The notes: a model not told the origin generated them from the sequence alone. 32,000 nucleotides of DNA from Vibrio alginolyticus NBRC 15630 = ATCC 17749 (GCF_000354175.2 NC_022359.1:360001-392000), one strand, 5' to 3'. Shown: positions 18,356-27,408, counted from the stretch's first letter. Translations and numbers: made by a program.

Positions 18356-18521
18356 GACACAAAAAGTAGTCAATCATGTAAACTAACTGGCTATGCTCCG
18401 GTCTATTTCATAAGTCGTTACACAACTCGACGCTTTAACGCTTTACATCAAGCGCGACTAGATGAACACTTCTTGTCAAAGTACAATAACAGCCGACATA
18501 GAGTAGAGTCAGTAAAACATT

Positions 18522-19217
18522 ATGAGTAACACGACGGCGAAAAAGCCGAATCCCTTATTTGAAATCCTTTTCAACGTATTTATCCCTTCCTTCATTTTGA
18601 TGAAGTTTAGTGGCGATGAGCATCTAGGGACAGCAATGGCGCTGGTTGTCGCTTTGCTATTTCCTATCATTTATGGCGGTATGGACCTTGTCCGTAACAA
18701 GAAATTTAACTTTATTTCTGCTCTGGGCTTTATCAGTGTTCTACTAACTGGTGGCATCGGCTTGTTAGAGCTTGATACACGCTGGTTAGCACTAAAAGAA
18801 GCCCTGATTCCTGGCCTGATCGGTTTAGCGGTTTTGGGTTCAACGTTTACCCGCTACCCACTGATGCAGAAGTTAGTACTGAATAACACAGTGTTGAATC
18901 TCGCGTTGATTAACCAACGTTTAAAAGAAAATGGTAAAACCGATGCGTTCGAACGTTGCCTTATGTCTTCTAACTACCTGTTTGCAAGTACTTTTGCGTT
19001 CTCATCTGCAATGAACTACTTCCTTGCGACTTGGATTGTGACTAGCCCTTCTGGTACTGCTGCCTTTAACGAAGAGTTAGGAAAAATGACGCTGTACAGT
19101 TACCCAATGATTGCCATCCCAAGTATGTTGATGATGTTCGGTATTTTTTATTACATTTGGCGTCAAGTACGTGCGATGACATCGCTCGAAACAGAGCAAA
19201 TCTTCCATCTAAAATAG
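18522..19217 (+). CDS. polytopic inner-membrane protein (IspZ/YciB-like; possibly VC0807 family)
   Basis: 231 aa with about 6 hydrophobic helices. The N-terminus NPLFEILFNVFIPSFILMKF resembles septation-protein-A-like proteins. Family name is uncertain. Confidence 0.75.
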   Translation: MSNTTAKKPNPLFEILFNVFIPSFILMKFSGDEHLGTAMALVVALLFPIIYGGMDLVRNKKFNFISALGFISVLLTGGIGLLELDTRWLALKEALIPGLIGLAVLGSTFTRYPLMQKLVLNNTVLNLALINQRLKENGKTDAFERCLMSSNYLFASTFAFSSAMNYFLATWIVTSPSGTAAFNEELGKMTLYSYPMIAIPSMLMMFGIFYYIWRQVRAMTSLETEQIFHLK

Positions 19218-19241
19218 CCCAATCATTACAAGTAAACCCAT

Positions 19242-19271
19242 AAAAAAGGGAGGATTTTATCCTCCCTTTTC
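19242..19271. terminator. bidirectional terminator
   Basis: A-run, stem GGGAGGA/TCCTCCC with a 5-nt loop, then TTTT, between convergent genes. Confidence 0.85.
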
Positions 19272-19290
19272 TCAACAGGCTCACTGTAAT

Positions 19291-20283
19291 TCACAGCGTC
19301 AAAATGATTTTTCCTGACACTGCTGACGAGCGTCGCTCAACCATTTCAATCGCTGTTTGAAAGTCCTCTAACGGCAGATCATATGCAACGTTTAACTTTA
19401 TGTCGCTGCTAATAAAGTGTTCTAACATTTCAGCGAACACCGTCTTTCTCCCGCCTTTACCTACCGATTCTTCCCAATACCGCAAAAAGAATGTACTAAA
19501 GTCGATGTTGTTGGCCTTCATCGATTCAAAAAACTCAGGCGTATAAGGCGTTAACGACAATGTTCCGTAGTTGATGTATTGGCCATTTTCTTTCAAGGTA
19601 CGAATGAGATCCGTGCCAGCCTCACCACCTATCGCGTCCAGAGCGACCGTTGGTTGTGGCAGTTGGCGCGTTTGCAGCTGCGCTTGTAAGTCTTTCTTCG
19701 CGTCCAACACTGGAATAGTATCGTACGGATACTCGTCTGGCTTTGAGGTCACAGCAATCAGTGTAAAACCCAGTGAATGGGCGAGCTGGGCAAATATCTT
19801 ACCGATCGCTGACCCTGCTGCATTGATGATCACCACATAGTCTTTGTTCAACTTAGCTACTTTAGTGGTGATCACCCACGCGGTTAACGCGTTGATGTAC
19901 AACTGACAGGCATAGCCGTTCTCCAAACTCTCAGGTAGCGGAAAAAGATTCTCAGGCGAGGCATCTATGTAGTATTGCCAAGTACCACTCATCGCCACCA
20001 ACACCTTTTGCCCAACTTGAAGGTCAGTTTGACCAACTGCACTGACTTCCACCACACGCCCAACCGCTTCAAATCCCGGCACGCGAGGTGGTATGTGAAC
20101 GCGGCGGTATTGCCCAACACCATGAATGGAAAGCAAGTCACTTGGGTTAATATTGGTGGCTTCCAGTCGCACCCGAACCTTGCCCTGAGCAAGCGGTTTG
20201 AGGGGCTCTTTTTCCAACGACAGCGACGTTTGGGGCTGACCAAAACAGAATTGATTCACTCGAGTATTTATCGTTGGTGCCAT
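19291..20283 (-). CDS. MDR-superfamily NAD(P)H-dependent oxidoreductase (quinone oxidoreductase / enoyl reductase-like)
   Basis: 330 aa. N-terminal GroES-like fold (VRVRLEATNINPSDL) and Rossmann segment VIINAAGSAIGKIFAQLA. Confidence 0.85.
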   Translation of the reverse strand: MAPTINTRVNQFCFGQPQTSLSLEKEPLKPLAQGKVRVRLEATNINPSDLLSIHGVGQYRRVHIPPRVPGFEAVGRVVEVSAVGQTDLQVGQKVLVAMSGTWQYYIDASPENLFPLPESLENGYACQLYINALTAWVITTKVAKLNKDYVVIINAAGSAIGKIFAQLAHSLGFTLIAVTSKPDEYPYDTIPVLDAKKDLQAQLQTRQLPQPTVALDAIGGEAGTDLIRTLKENGQYINYGTLSLTPYTPEFFESMKANNIDFSTFFLRYWEESVGKGGRKTVFAEMLEHFISSDIKLNVAYDLPLEDFQTAIEMVERRSSAVSGKIILTL

Positions 20284-20310
20284 TGTTATTCATACCATGT
20301 AATTGAAATT

Positions 20311-20334
20311 CAAAAAGGAAGTTTCGCGACTTCT
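20311..20334 (-). terminator. weak terminator-like hairpin after the AraC gene
   Basis: On the minus strand, AGAAGT-cgcgaa-ACTTCC followed by TTTTT. The stem is short. Confidence 0.4.
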
Positions 20335-20371
20335 ACTCAAAAGCATTAAGTGAAGTCGAAGCTCTGTATTT

Positions 20372-21205
20372 CTACCTGCGCGATGCGCCGTTCACTCTAA
20401 ACTGTTGTGGCGTCATATCAAAATAGGCTTTAAATGCTTTGATGTAGGATGAGTCATTTTGATAACCCACTAGGTCTGCAATGGCTTGGATTGGCAACGA
20501 TTCATCTAACAAAGAAAGCGAGTAAATTAGCCGAATTTGTTGCCGCCAAAGCAGAAATGAAGTGTTGAATTCCTTGGCGAACAGCCGTGATAAAGTACGC
20601 TCAGACGCCCCAATTTTCTCCCCCCACTCTTTTAGCGAACAGCTCAACGCGGGCTCGTCAGTCAATTGCTCGAAAATCAGTTTTAGTCGTCTGTCTTGTG
20701 GCAGCAATAACTGAAATGTCTGCACGTTGCTTTTCAAAATTTGATCATGCAACACCGCCAGCAAATGCAGCACTTCTTCGTGGCTTGTCTCACCTTCACA
20801 CTGTCTGCGGATCTCTTGTAAAAGCTCATTTAAAAACGGCGTTAAAGCAATGGTTCTCACTTGTGGCTCGTACGTTGCGCCAAACTCAGGGTTGAGGTAA
20901 ATGCCAACAAATATCGTATTGCTTAGAGCAATCGACTCGTGTTGAACACCCGCAGGAACAAATAACGCAGAGGTGTGCGGAACCAAATGCTGATAATGCT
21001 CAGTTTGTGTTTGCAATAACCCTTTGATAGGAAAGATGATTTGATGCCAAGTGTGTTGATGCAGCGCATCAATGTAACCTTTTGGCATGTCGATGGTTTT
21101 CACTAAAACAGGAGAATGGGGATTCGCGGCCATCATCTCATTGGAGGTGACGACGCCTGACTTCGAATCAATTTGGCGAGCTAGCATTGTTAGTTGTCTT
21201 TTCAT
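20372..21205 (-). CDS. AraC family transcriptional regulator (cupin N-domain)
   Basis: C-terminal HTH pair (GASERTLSRLFAKEFNTSFLLWRQQIRL, VGYQNDSSYIKAFKAYFDMTPQQFR). Divergent from the MOSC gene. Confidence 0.85.
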   Translation of the reverse strand: MKRQLTMLARQIDSKSGVVTSNEMMAANPHSPVLVKTIDMPKGYIDALHQHTWHQIIFPIKGLLQTQTEHYQHLVPHTSALFVPAGVQHESIALSNTIFVGIYLNPEFGATYEPQVRTIALTPFLNELLQEIRRQCEGETSHEEVLHLLAVLHDQILKSNVQTFQLLLPQDRRLKLIFEQLTDEPALSCSLKEWGEKIGASERTLSRLFAKEFNTSFLLWRQQIRLIYSLSLLDESLPIQAIADLVGYQNDSSYIKAFKAYFDMTPQQFRVNGASRR

Positions 21206-21298
21206 CCCTACACCGACACAAGTTTACTAGGCTATCATGCTCCGCATCGCGAATGAAGGTAAACACTTTATCTCTCATTCAAATAATAAGGAGGTTAC

Positions 21299-21991
21299 AT
21301 GAAGAAAATCGGCGTCGTAAAAGCTGTGCTAGCAGGGAAAACCGTCCCTTATGCTCATGGTGCGCAAAGCGCAATCAACAAACAAGTGCTGCCTGAGCGC
21401 CAGCATGCAACAGAGCTCGGTTTTATCAGTGATGAGCAAGGTGATCCGCGCTTTCATGGTGGCATTCAAAAAGCGCTTCATATTTACCCAAGCGAGCACT
21501 ACCCAATCTGGCAACAAGAATTAGGCAAAAGACCAATTTTCCAATCCGCCGGCGGCTTTGGCGAAAACATCAGCTCCGAAGGCGTCACCGAATCCACGAT
21601 TTGCTTGAAAGATAAAATTCGCATCGGCTCAACACTACTGGAAGTGTCGCAAGGTCGCATGCCTTGTTGGAAACTTAACGTACGTTTTGACCAACACGAC
21701 ATGGCGAGAAGACTGCAAGATACGCTTCGAACAGGCTGGTATTTCCGAGTGTTGGAAGAAGGCGATATCGGTGCAGGTGACGAGATTATTCTGTGCGAAA
21801 GACCTTATCCAGAATGGCCACTGGCTCGCATCATGGGCGCGGTTTTCACTGGCTGTTTAGATAGAAAAGAACTCACTCAGCTGTCTGAGCTGCCGTTAGT
21901 CGAGTCTTGGGGCAAGTTGGTCGAGCGCCGCCTAGAAACTGGCGAAGTTGAAGATTGGGAAATGCGCTTGGTTGGCCCAACTGTGGGTTAA
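21299..21991 (+). CDS. MOSC domain-containing protein (YiiM-like)
   Basis: Strong RBS AAGGAGG. Conserved MOSC Cys context SQGRMPCWKLN. Confidence 0.88.
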   Translation: MKKIGVVKAVLAGKTVPYAHGAQSAINKQVLPERQHATELGFISDEQGDPRFHGGIQKALHIYPSEHYPIWQQELGKRPIFQSAGGFGENISSEGVTESTICLKDKIRIGSTLLEVSQGRMPCWKLNVRFDQHDMARRLQDTLRTGWYFRVLEEGDIGAGDEIILCERPYPEWPLARIMGAVFTGCLDRKELTQLSELPLVESWGKLVERRLETGEVEDWEMRLVGPTVG

Positions 21992-22013
21992 CACCCCAAA
22001 GTAAAATTTAAGC

Positions 22014-22053
22014 CACGCTCTGAACCGACTATGCCGTCAGAGCGTGTTTTTTT
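22014..22053 (+). terminator. Rho-independent terminator of the MOSC gene, overlapping the helicase 3' end
   Basis: Stem CACGCTCTGA/TCAGAGCGTG with a 13-nt loop, then TTTTTTT. The right arm and T-run lie inside the last codons of the convergent helicase ORF. Confidence 0.75.
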
Positions 22054-23294
22054 GGTTTACTTCGCACTCGGGGCTGGGCGTTTCGACTTCCTTGAAACTG
22101 CTTAATGCTCTTCTTAGCATGAGTTCGACGGTTGGCTTTTTTATCGCGTGGCGCGCGTTTGCTCTCGCCAGTTGATGGCTTATCCGTTACTGGAAAACCT
22201 GCCAGATCTTGCACTGGTAATGCACGTTGAGTCAGGTGACGAATCGCGCTTAGTGCGTCCATTTCACCATGACAAACCAATGACACCGCCACACCTTGTT
22301 CGCCTGCGCGAGCGGTGCGCCCTACTCGGTGAACATAGGTTTCTGCATGCATTGGCAGTTCAAAGTTGATCACTACAGGCAATTGCTCAATGTGAATGCC
22401 GCGCGCTAGTAGATCGGTGGCAATCAACACCTGAATTTGCCCAGATTTAAACTGCGCCAGTGCTTCTTCTCGCTCATCTTGACTCTTATTGCCATGCAAC
22501 GCATTGGTTGAGATGCCCGCTTTATTCAGCTTCTTCGCTAAGCCATCGGCGTTCTCTTTCGCACCAATAAAGACTAATGCCTTAGTCCACGCGTTTTTTT
22601 GAATCAGTTCAATCAATGCCTTGGTTTTACTGCCTTTGTTGACGAGGTACAGCGTTTCAGCAATATCTTGGTTGGTGCTGTTTTCTTGATGCGCTGCAAC
22701 TTGCTTTGGTGCCTGCATAAGCAGCTTCGCTTTACCCTTCAACTCATCTGAAAACGTTGCCGAGAACATTGCGGTTTGACGCTGGTTTGAAATAAGCCCC
22801 GCAATATTTTGTACGTCAGGCCAAAAGCCCATATCCAACAGACGATCCGCTTCATCCAACACTAGGTAATGGATATTGCTTAAGTCTAAACCGTTGTTTG
22901 CTAGGTCAACCAAACGACCAGTCGTCGCGACAAGGATATGAGGATTTGTCGCTAGCGCCTGCTGTTGTTGCTCTTTATCAACGCCGCCACACAAACACAC
23001 TGCGTTGAGTTCAAGAACTTGACCAACTTGGTTAATTGCTTCACTCACTTGCATTGCCAGCTCACGAGTTGGCACAAGAATCAGCGCTTTTTGCTCTGGA
23101 TTGACACCCAGCTTTTCCAACAAAGGCAAACCATAAGCAAGGGTTTTGCCGCTGCCTGTATTTGCCAAAGCCAATAGATCTTGACCAGCCAACAGCTCAG
23201 GAATGGCCAACGCTTGAATATCGGTCGGTTTCTTGAAGTCTTTTGGCAGTGCGTGAATCAGCTCAGAACTCAATGAGAGAGTAGAAAATGGCAT
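22029..23294 (-). CDS. DEAD-box ATP-dependent RNA helicase (RhlE-like) with basic C-terminal tail
   Basis: Motifs ANTGSGKT, DEAD, SAT, HRVGRTARAG. ATG at 23294 (MPFSTLSLSSEL...) preferred over the tracked start at 23375. Confidence 0.9.
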   Translation of the reverse strand: MPFSTLSLSSELIHALPKDFKKPTDIQALAIPELLAGQDLLALANTGSGKTLAYGLPLLEKLGVNPEQKALILVPTRELAMQVSEAINQVGQVLELNAVCLCGGVDKEQQQQALATNPHILVATTGRLVDLANNGLDLSNIHYLVLDEADRLLDMGFWPDVQNIAGLISNQRQTAMFSATFSDELKGKAKLLMQAPKQVAAHQENSTNQDIAETLYLVNKGSKTKALIELIQKNAWTKALVFIGAKENADGLAKKLNKAGISTNALHGNKSQDEREEALAQFKSGQIQVLIATDLLARGIHIEQLPVVINFELPMHAETYVHRVGRTARAGEQGVAVSLVCHGEMDALSAIRHLTQRALPVQDLAGFPVTDKPSTGESKRAPRDKKANRRTHAKKSIKQFQGSRNAQPRVRSKPKKHALTA

Positions 23295-23464
23295 TAACGA
23301 AAACCTTGTACTTTGGGTTGAAGAAGCAATAAAAATAATGAAGATGCGGTAAAACGCAGGCGCGGACTTTACCACAATCTGCTAGGTGAACCATCCTATT
23401 TTAGGTGCTTAAACCAAGCGTCGCCTACGCAAATCGTCAGAAAACTAAAAAGCGCAAAAAAGCC

Positions 23465-23505
23465 GTTAGTCTGTACTGCCACAGAGCTAACGGCTAAAAA
23501 CCCTT
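23465..23505 (-). terminator. Rho-independent terminator of the pentein gene
   Basis: On the minus strand, stem AGCCGTTAG/CTAACGGCT (with inner CTGT/ACAG pairing) followed by TTTTTT. Confidence 0.7.
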
Positions 23506-23559
23506 GAAGAGAACGCTTCATCAGCCTTTCACTGCGGCTGAAAAGAAATGTGCAGTTTA

Positions 23560-24570
23560 TTAAAGCACAGCTTTACGATTCGGTAAGAACACTTCACCCA
23601 ACATGCAACGAACCGAACCACCACCAATAGATTCTATGGTAGAAACGTCGAATGGCAGCAATTTACCGTGCGTTGCCAATTGGTTTCTTTGTGCTGGTGA
23701 GAATGCATCGTACGCCGATTGCGACATCGCAATCACCTTGTCGCCGTTGATCGTTTCTAGTTGCAGAATGTTACCGCAGAACTGGTTCATCTGATCAAGC
23801 GAAATTGAGATGACTTGCTTGTCTTTGGCGAGTGACTTCATTACAAAACGACGCTCAAATTCTGGGATCACTTCGTCACAAATCACGCAAAACTGTTCGC
23901 CAACCGCCATCATCACATTGGTGTGATAAATCGGCGCACCAGACGGCAAACGAGTTTGGAAAGAAATCACTCGTTCATAGCCAATACGATCGGCGTAATC
24001 TTCTAAAACCAGACGATCACAACGTTGTGAGAGTGCGGCGTAGACCGTTTTATTTAGGTGGTCAAACACCATCACACCCGTGCTTTCTAAATACGCTTGC
24101 TCGTCAAGATATTCAGTTAGACTGCTGCGTCGATGAACTTCTCGCCCTGCTTGCGCTAGTGCTGCCACAAGTGCATCGGGACGTACTTCTTTTTGACGGT
24201 TTTCACAGGCCATTGGAAAGGTGTACAACGTGCCATCTGGCGTAGTGCTAAACCAATTGTTTGGAAATACCGCGTCTGGCGTTGCAACATCTGAAGTTGG
24301 ATAATCAAATTCAACAACTTGAACGCCCTCTTGACGCAGCGTTGCAACCATACTCGCGAACTCGGCCATTACTCGACGTGAGACTTCTTCTTGGCTGAGT
24401 GACACTTTATGTTGGAACTCATTATCTTGTGCGGTTTCTTCATTAAAACGAAACTCTTTCGGTGGCACCATCACTACGCAGTTCGCGGTTTGGCGCTGAG
24501 CACTTTGCGTGCTTTCTTCTTTCCCATTAGCAAATTGGGTCACTGATTCGTGTAATAGCATCCAATACAT
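23560..24570 (-). CDS. pentein / guanidino-group-modifying superfamily enzyme (arginine deiminase-related, CtlX-like)
   Basis: 336 aa. C-terminal catalytic-Cys context GGGSVRCMLGEVF is typical of amidinotransferase/ADI/DDAH folds. The start could be 24570 or 24561. Confidence 0.78.
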   Translation of the reverse strand: MYWMLLHESVTQFANGKEESTQSAQRQTANCVVMVPPKEFRFNEETAQDNEFQHKVSLSQEEVSRRVMAEFASMVATLRQEGVQVVEFDYPTSDVATPDAVFPNNWFSTTPDGTLYTFPMACENRQKEVRPDALVAALAQAGREVHRRSSLTEYLDEQAYLESTGVMVFDHLNKTVYAALSQRCDRLVLEDYADRIGYERVISFQTRLPSGAPIYHTNVMMAVGEQFCVICDEVIPEFERRFVMKSLAKDKQVISISLDQMNQFCGNILQLETINGDKVIAMSQSAYDAFSPAQRNQLATHGKLLPFDVSTIESIGGGSVRCMLGEVFLPNRKAVL

Positions 24571-24965
24571 TCCTTATCACTAGAATGAGGAGATTGTAAA
24601 TTTATTGTTAACTTCAGTTTTGCTGTTTTGACAATTAATTTAATTGCCCAAAAGTAATTTTTGCTGCATTAAGTTCATTTTTCCCTAAATTTTATTGTCA
24701 CTTTGCAGGTTTAAGCTTTTATTGCACCGTGATGAACATGATAAGAATTCATCATAAGAATCAGAACCATAGACAATCACACTCATAACCAACTAGTTAC
24801 ATTTAAGACACAATCGGTTAGACTATTTTTTCGCCCCTCTCGTCAATCGGTCTGCTTTATCGAGGAGCAGGCAAGAAACTCTCATACACGCGGTTTCGTC
24901 CAAAGCAGCGTGAATCGATGGATTTAGCCACCCCAAATGGCACTGTTTTAACTTTAGGATGAGTT

Positions 24966-26816
24966 ATGTTTAAACGATTTGAAGGCTTTACAGAGCCGTT
25001 CCCCAAATCTACACCGGATCAGCCTCCTTCAGGGATGTTCGCTTTTCTGCGTTATTACACTCGTGGTTATGAAAAGCCTTTGATCATCATGTCTTTGATG
25101 GCCACAATTGTGGCTGTTGTTGAGGTAATGTTGTTTGGCGCCATGGGACAATTGGTTGATTGGTTGTCTACCAGCAATCCAGAAACGTTCTTACAAGACA
25201 ACAAATCGGATTTGATTTTCTACGGAGCCTTATTGCTGGTTGTCATGCCTATATTGGTGATCTTGTACTCGTTGCTCGTTCATCAAACGTTATTGGGCAA
25301 CTACCCAATGTCTATCCGCTGGCTTGCACACCGGTATTTGCTCAATCAAAGCTTGAACTTCTATCAAGATGATTTTGCAGGTCGAGTCGCAACGAAAGTC
25401 ATGCAAACCTCATTAGCTGTGCGCGAAACCGTGATGAAAGCTATGGATGTGTTTGTTTACGTTACGGTTTACTTCACCAGCATGATCATTATGTTAGCGA
25501 CGGCAGACTGGCGTTTGATGATCCCAATGATTGTCTGGCTACTCGCTTACATCGCTATCCAAATCTATTTTGTCCCTAAGCTCAAAGACGTCGCTTCAGC
25601 ACAGGCCGATGCACGTTCGACAATGACAGGGCGCATCGTCGACAGTTATACCAATATTCAAACCGTCAAACTGTTTTCTCATAGCCAGCGCGAAACCCAA
25701 TATGCCGAGCAAGGCATGAAAGGATTTTTGAATACGGTCTATCGTCAAATGCGCCTAGTGACCGGCTTCGACGTCGCTGTAGAGATCTCAAACTATATTT
25801 TGGTCTTTTCCGTTGCTGCTTTATCGATTTACCTGTGGTTGGATAGTGCCATTAGCGTTGGCGCGATTGCGATTGCTGTTAGTCTTGCATTGCGCGTAAA
25901 CGGTATGTCGATGTGGATAATGTGGGAAGTTGGCGCCCTCTTTGAAAACATGGGAACCGTTGTCGATGGAATGAAAACACTCTCTAAGCCTATTGATATT
26001 AAAGATAAACCAGGTGCAAAAGACTTGGTTGTCACTGAAGGAGGCATTCACTTTGATAACGTCAGCTTCCATTACGGTGAGAACAAAGGCGTAATTAGCC
26101 ATCTCGATCTCAACATCAAACCAGGAGAGAAAGTAGGCTTGGTTGGGCGCTCCGGCGCCGGAAAATCGACTTTGGTGAACTTGTTACTTCGTTTCCACGA
26201 TGTCGAAGACGGCAGCATTAAGATCGATGGACAGAACATCTCAGAAGTCACACAAGACTCTTTGCGTTCAAAGATCGGTATGGTGACCCAAGATACTTCT
26301 CTGCTACACCGTTCAATTCGAGACAATATTTTGTATGGCAATCCAGATGCGACAGAAGAAGATTTGCTGAAAGCCACTAAGCAAGCGCATGCCCATGAGT
26401 TTATCGAAACTCTGACCGACCCATTTGGTAATGTCGGATACGATGCGCAAGTTGGTGAACGTGGTGTGAAACTGTCTGGCGGCCAACGTCAGCGTATCGC
26501 AATATCTCGTGTGCTACTCAAAGATGCACCATTGCTGGTATTGGATGAAGCAACATCGGCTCTAGATTCAGAAGTCGAAGCAGCGATTCAGGAAAGCTTG
26601 AATGAATTAATGCAAGGGAAAACGGTTATTGCTATCGCTCACCGATTATCGACCATCGCACAAATGGATCGCCTCATCGTGCTAGATAAAGGCAGCATCG
26701 TTGAACAAGGTTCTCATCAAGAACTCATTGCGAATAACGGCATTTACGCCCAGCTTTGGGCGCATCAAACTGGCGGATTTATCGCTGAAGAACTAGACAA
26801 TCAACACGCTTCTTAA
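24966..26816 (+). CDS. fused ABC exporter (type I TMD plus NBD, MsbA/MdlB-like)
   Basis: 616 aa. Six-helix N-terminal domain, Walker A GRSGAGKST, signature LSGGQRQR, Walker B LLVLDEAT. Confidence 0.9.
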   Translation: MFKRFEGFTEPFPKSTPDQPPSGMFAFLRYYTRGYEKPLIIMSLMATIVAVVEVMLFGAMGQLVDWLSTSNPETFLQDNKSDLIFYGALLLVVMPILVILYSLLVHQTLLGNYPMSIRWLAHRYLLNQSLNFYQDDFAGRVATKVMQTSLAVRETVMKAMDVFVYVTVYFTSMIIMLATADWRLMIPMIVWLLAYIAIQIYFVPKLKDVASAQADARSTMTGRIVDSYTNIQTVKLFSHSQRETQYAEQGMKGFLNTVYRQMRLVTGFDVAVEISNYILVFSVAALSIYLWLDSAISVGAIAIAVSLALRVNGMSMWIMWEVGALFENMGTVVDGMKTLSKPIDIKDKPGAKDLVVTEGGIHFDNVSFHYGENKGVISHLDLNIKPGEKVGLVGRSGAGKSTLVNLLLRFHDVEDGSIKIDGQNISEVTQDSLRSKIGMVTQDTSLLHRSIRDNILYGNPDATEEDLLKATKQAHAHEFIETLTDPFGNVGYDAQVGERGVKLSGGQRQRIAISRVLLKDAPLLVLDEATSALDSEVEAAIQESLNELMQGKTVIAIAHRLSTIAQMDRLIVLDKGSIVEQGSHQELIANNGIYAQLWAHQTGGFIAEELDNQHAS

Positions 26817-26833
26817 CGAGTGATAAGCTCAAT

Positions 26834-26862
26834 AAAAACGGCGCTTTAAGCGCCGTTTTTTA
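26834..26862 (+). terminator. Rho-independent terminator
   Basis: Stem ACGGCGC/GCGCCGT with a 5-nt loop, then TTTTTT. Confidence 0.85.
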
Positions 26863-27092
26863 TTTAAATCCATGGCTAGATGCTCATATAGCCATTGTGG
26901 TTTCTCATATATGAAACACTCTCCATGATAAAGCTCACACTTTTTCTGCTAATATACCGCCTCGTTGCGTATCCATTGCAATGAACACAATACAGAGTAT
27001 TGAGCCGTCTTCATTTGTCATTTCACTTTTTGAGAAACAGCTATACTCAATAGATGGCTTAGTTATTATATTAACAATAAGGTAATTAGCTT

Positions 27093-27209
27093 ATGTGTAA
27101 ATGTGGTTCAATGCAGATCGTACAACTCAAACCAAGTTGGGCTGACAAGCTATTTGGCTACTCAGAAAGATGGAAATGCCAACTTTGTTGTAAGATCTAC
27201 CGCATCTAA
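27093..27209 (+). CDS. candidate 38-aa Cys-rich mini-protein (zinc-ribbon-like), not in the ORF track
   Basis: My translation: ATG 27093 ... TAA 27207-27209 gives MCKCGSMQIVQLKPSWADKLFGYSERWKCQLCCKIYRI. AAGGT lies 9 nt upstream, an in-frame stop lies 2 codons upstream, and a dedicated terminator lies 43 nt downstream. Confidence 0.45.
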   Translation: MCKCGSMQIVQLKPSWADKLFGYSERWKCQLCCKIYRI

Positions 27210-27251
27210 AATTAAAAATAGAATCTTAGTTTTTCTAAGAAAAAGCAGTGG

Positions 27252-27280
27252 CCCGACAATGATTGTCGGGTTTTGTTTTT
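27252..27280 (+). terminator. Rho-independent terminator
   Basis: Stem CCCGACAA/TTGTCGGG with a 3-nt loop, then TTTTGTTTTT. Confidence 0.75.
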
Positions 27281-27408
27281 CTGAGCATTCATTTTTTGTC
27301 CCTTCTCTACAAGATTACTCATCACGGCAAAACCTAGCATCTTAATGTGACTTAGGTATAGAATCAGGCCCACTTATTCTTTCCGATATTCATATATAAC
27401 TGGTCACT

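Noticed and set aside
18356-18521. Search for a short anti-sigma ORF directly after the ECF sigma gene. The sigma reading frame stays open for about 55 codons after its TAA.
   Set aside because: That frame has no start codon, and it has neither an HxxxCxxC motif nor a TM segment. The only ATGs give 1-codon and 7-codon ORFs.
24632-24646. Perfect 15-bp palindrome CAATTAA-T-TTAATTG, with half sites similar to the OhrR box, in the pentein/ABC-exporter spacer.
   Set aside because: It is pure A/T apart from the ends and sits in a very AT-rich spacer, where such palindromes are expected by chance. Its half-site spacing differs from the ohr operator. There is not enough evidence to call it a site.
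27103-27345. Tracked 80-aa ORF in the spacer before the DUF445 gene.
   Set aside because: It has a non-ATG start and no RBS, and it reads straight through the intrinsic terminator at 27252-27280. The overlapping 38-codon ATG ORF in another frame explains the locus better.
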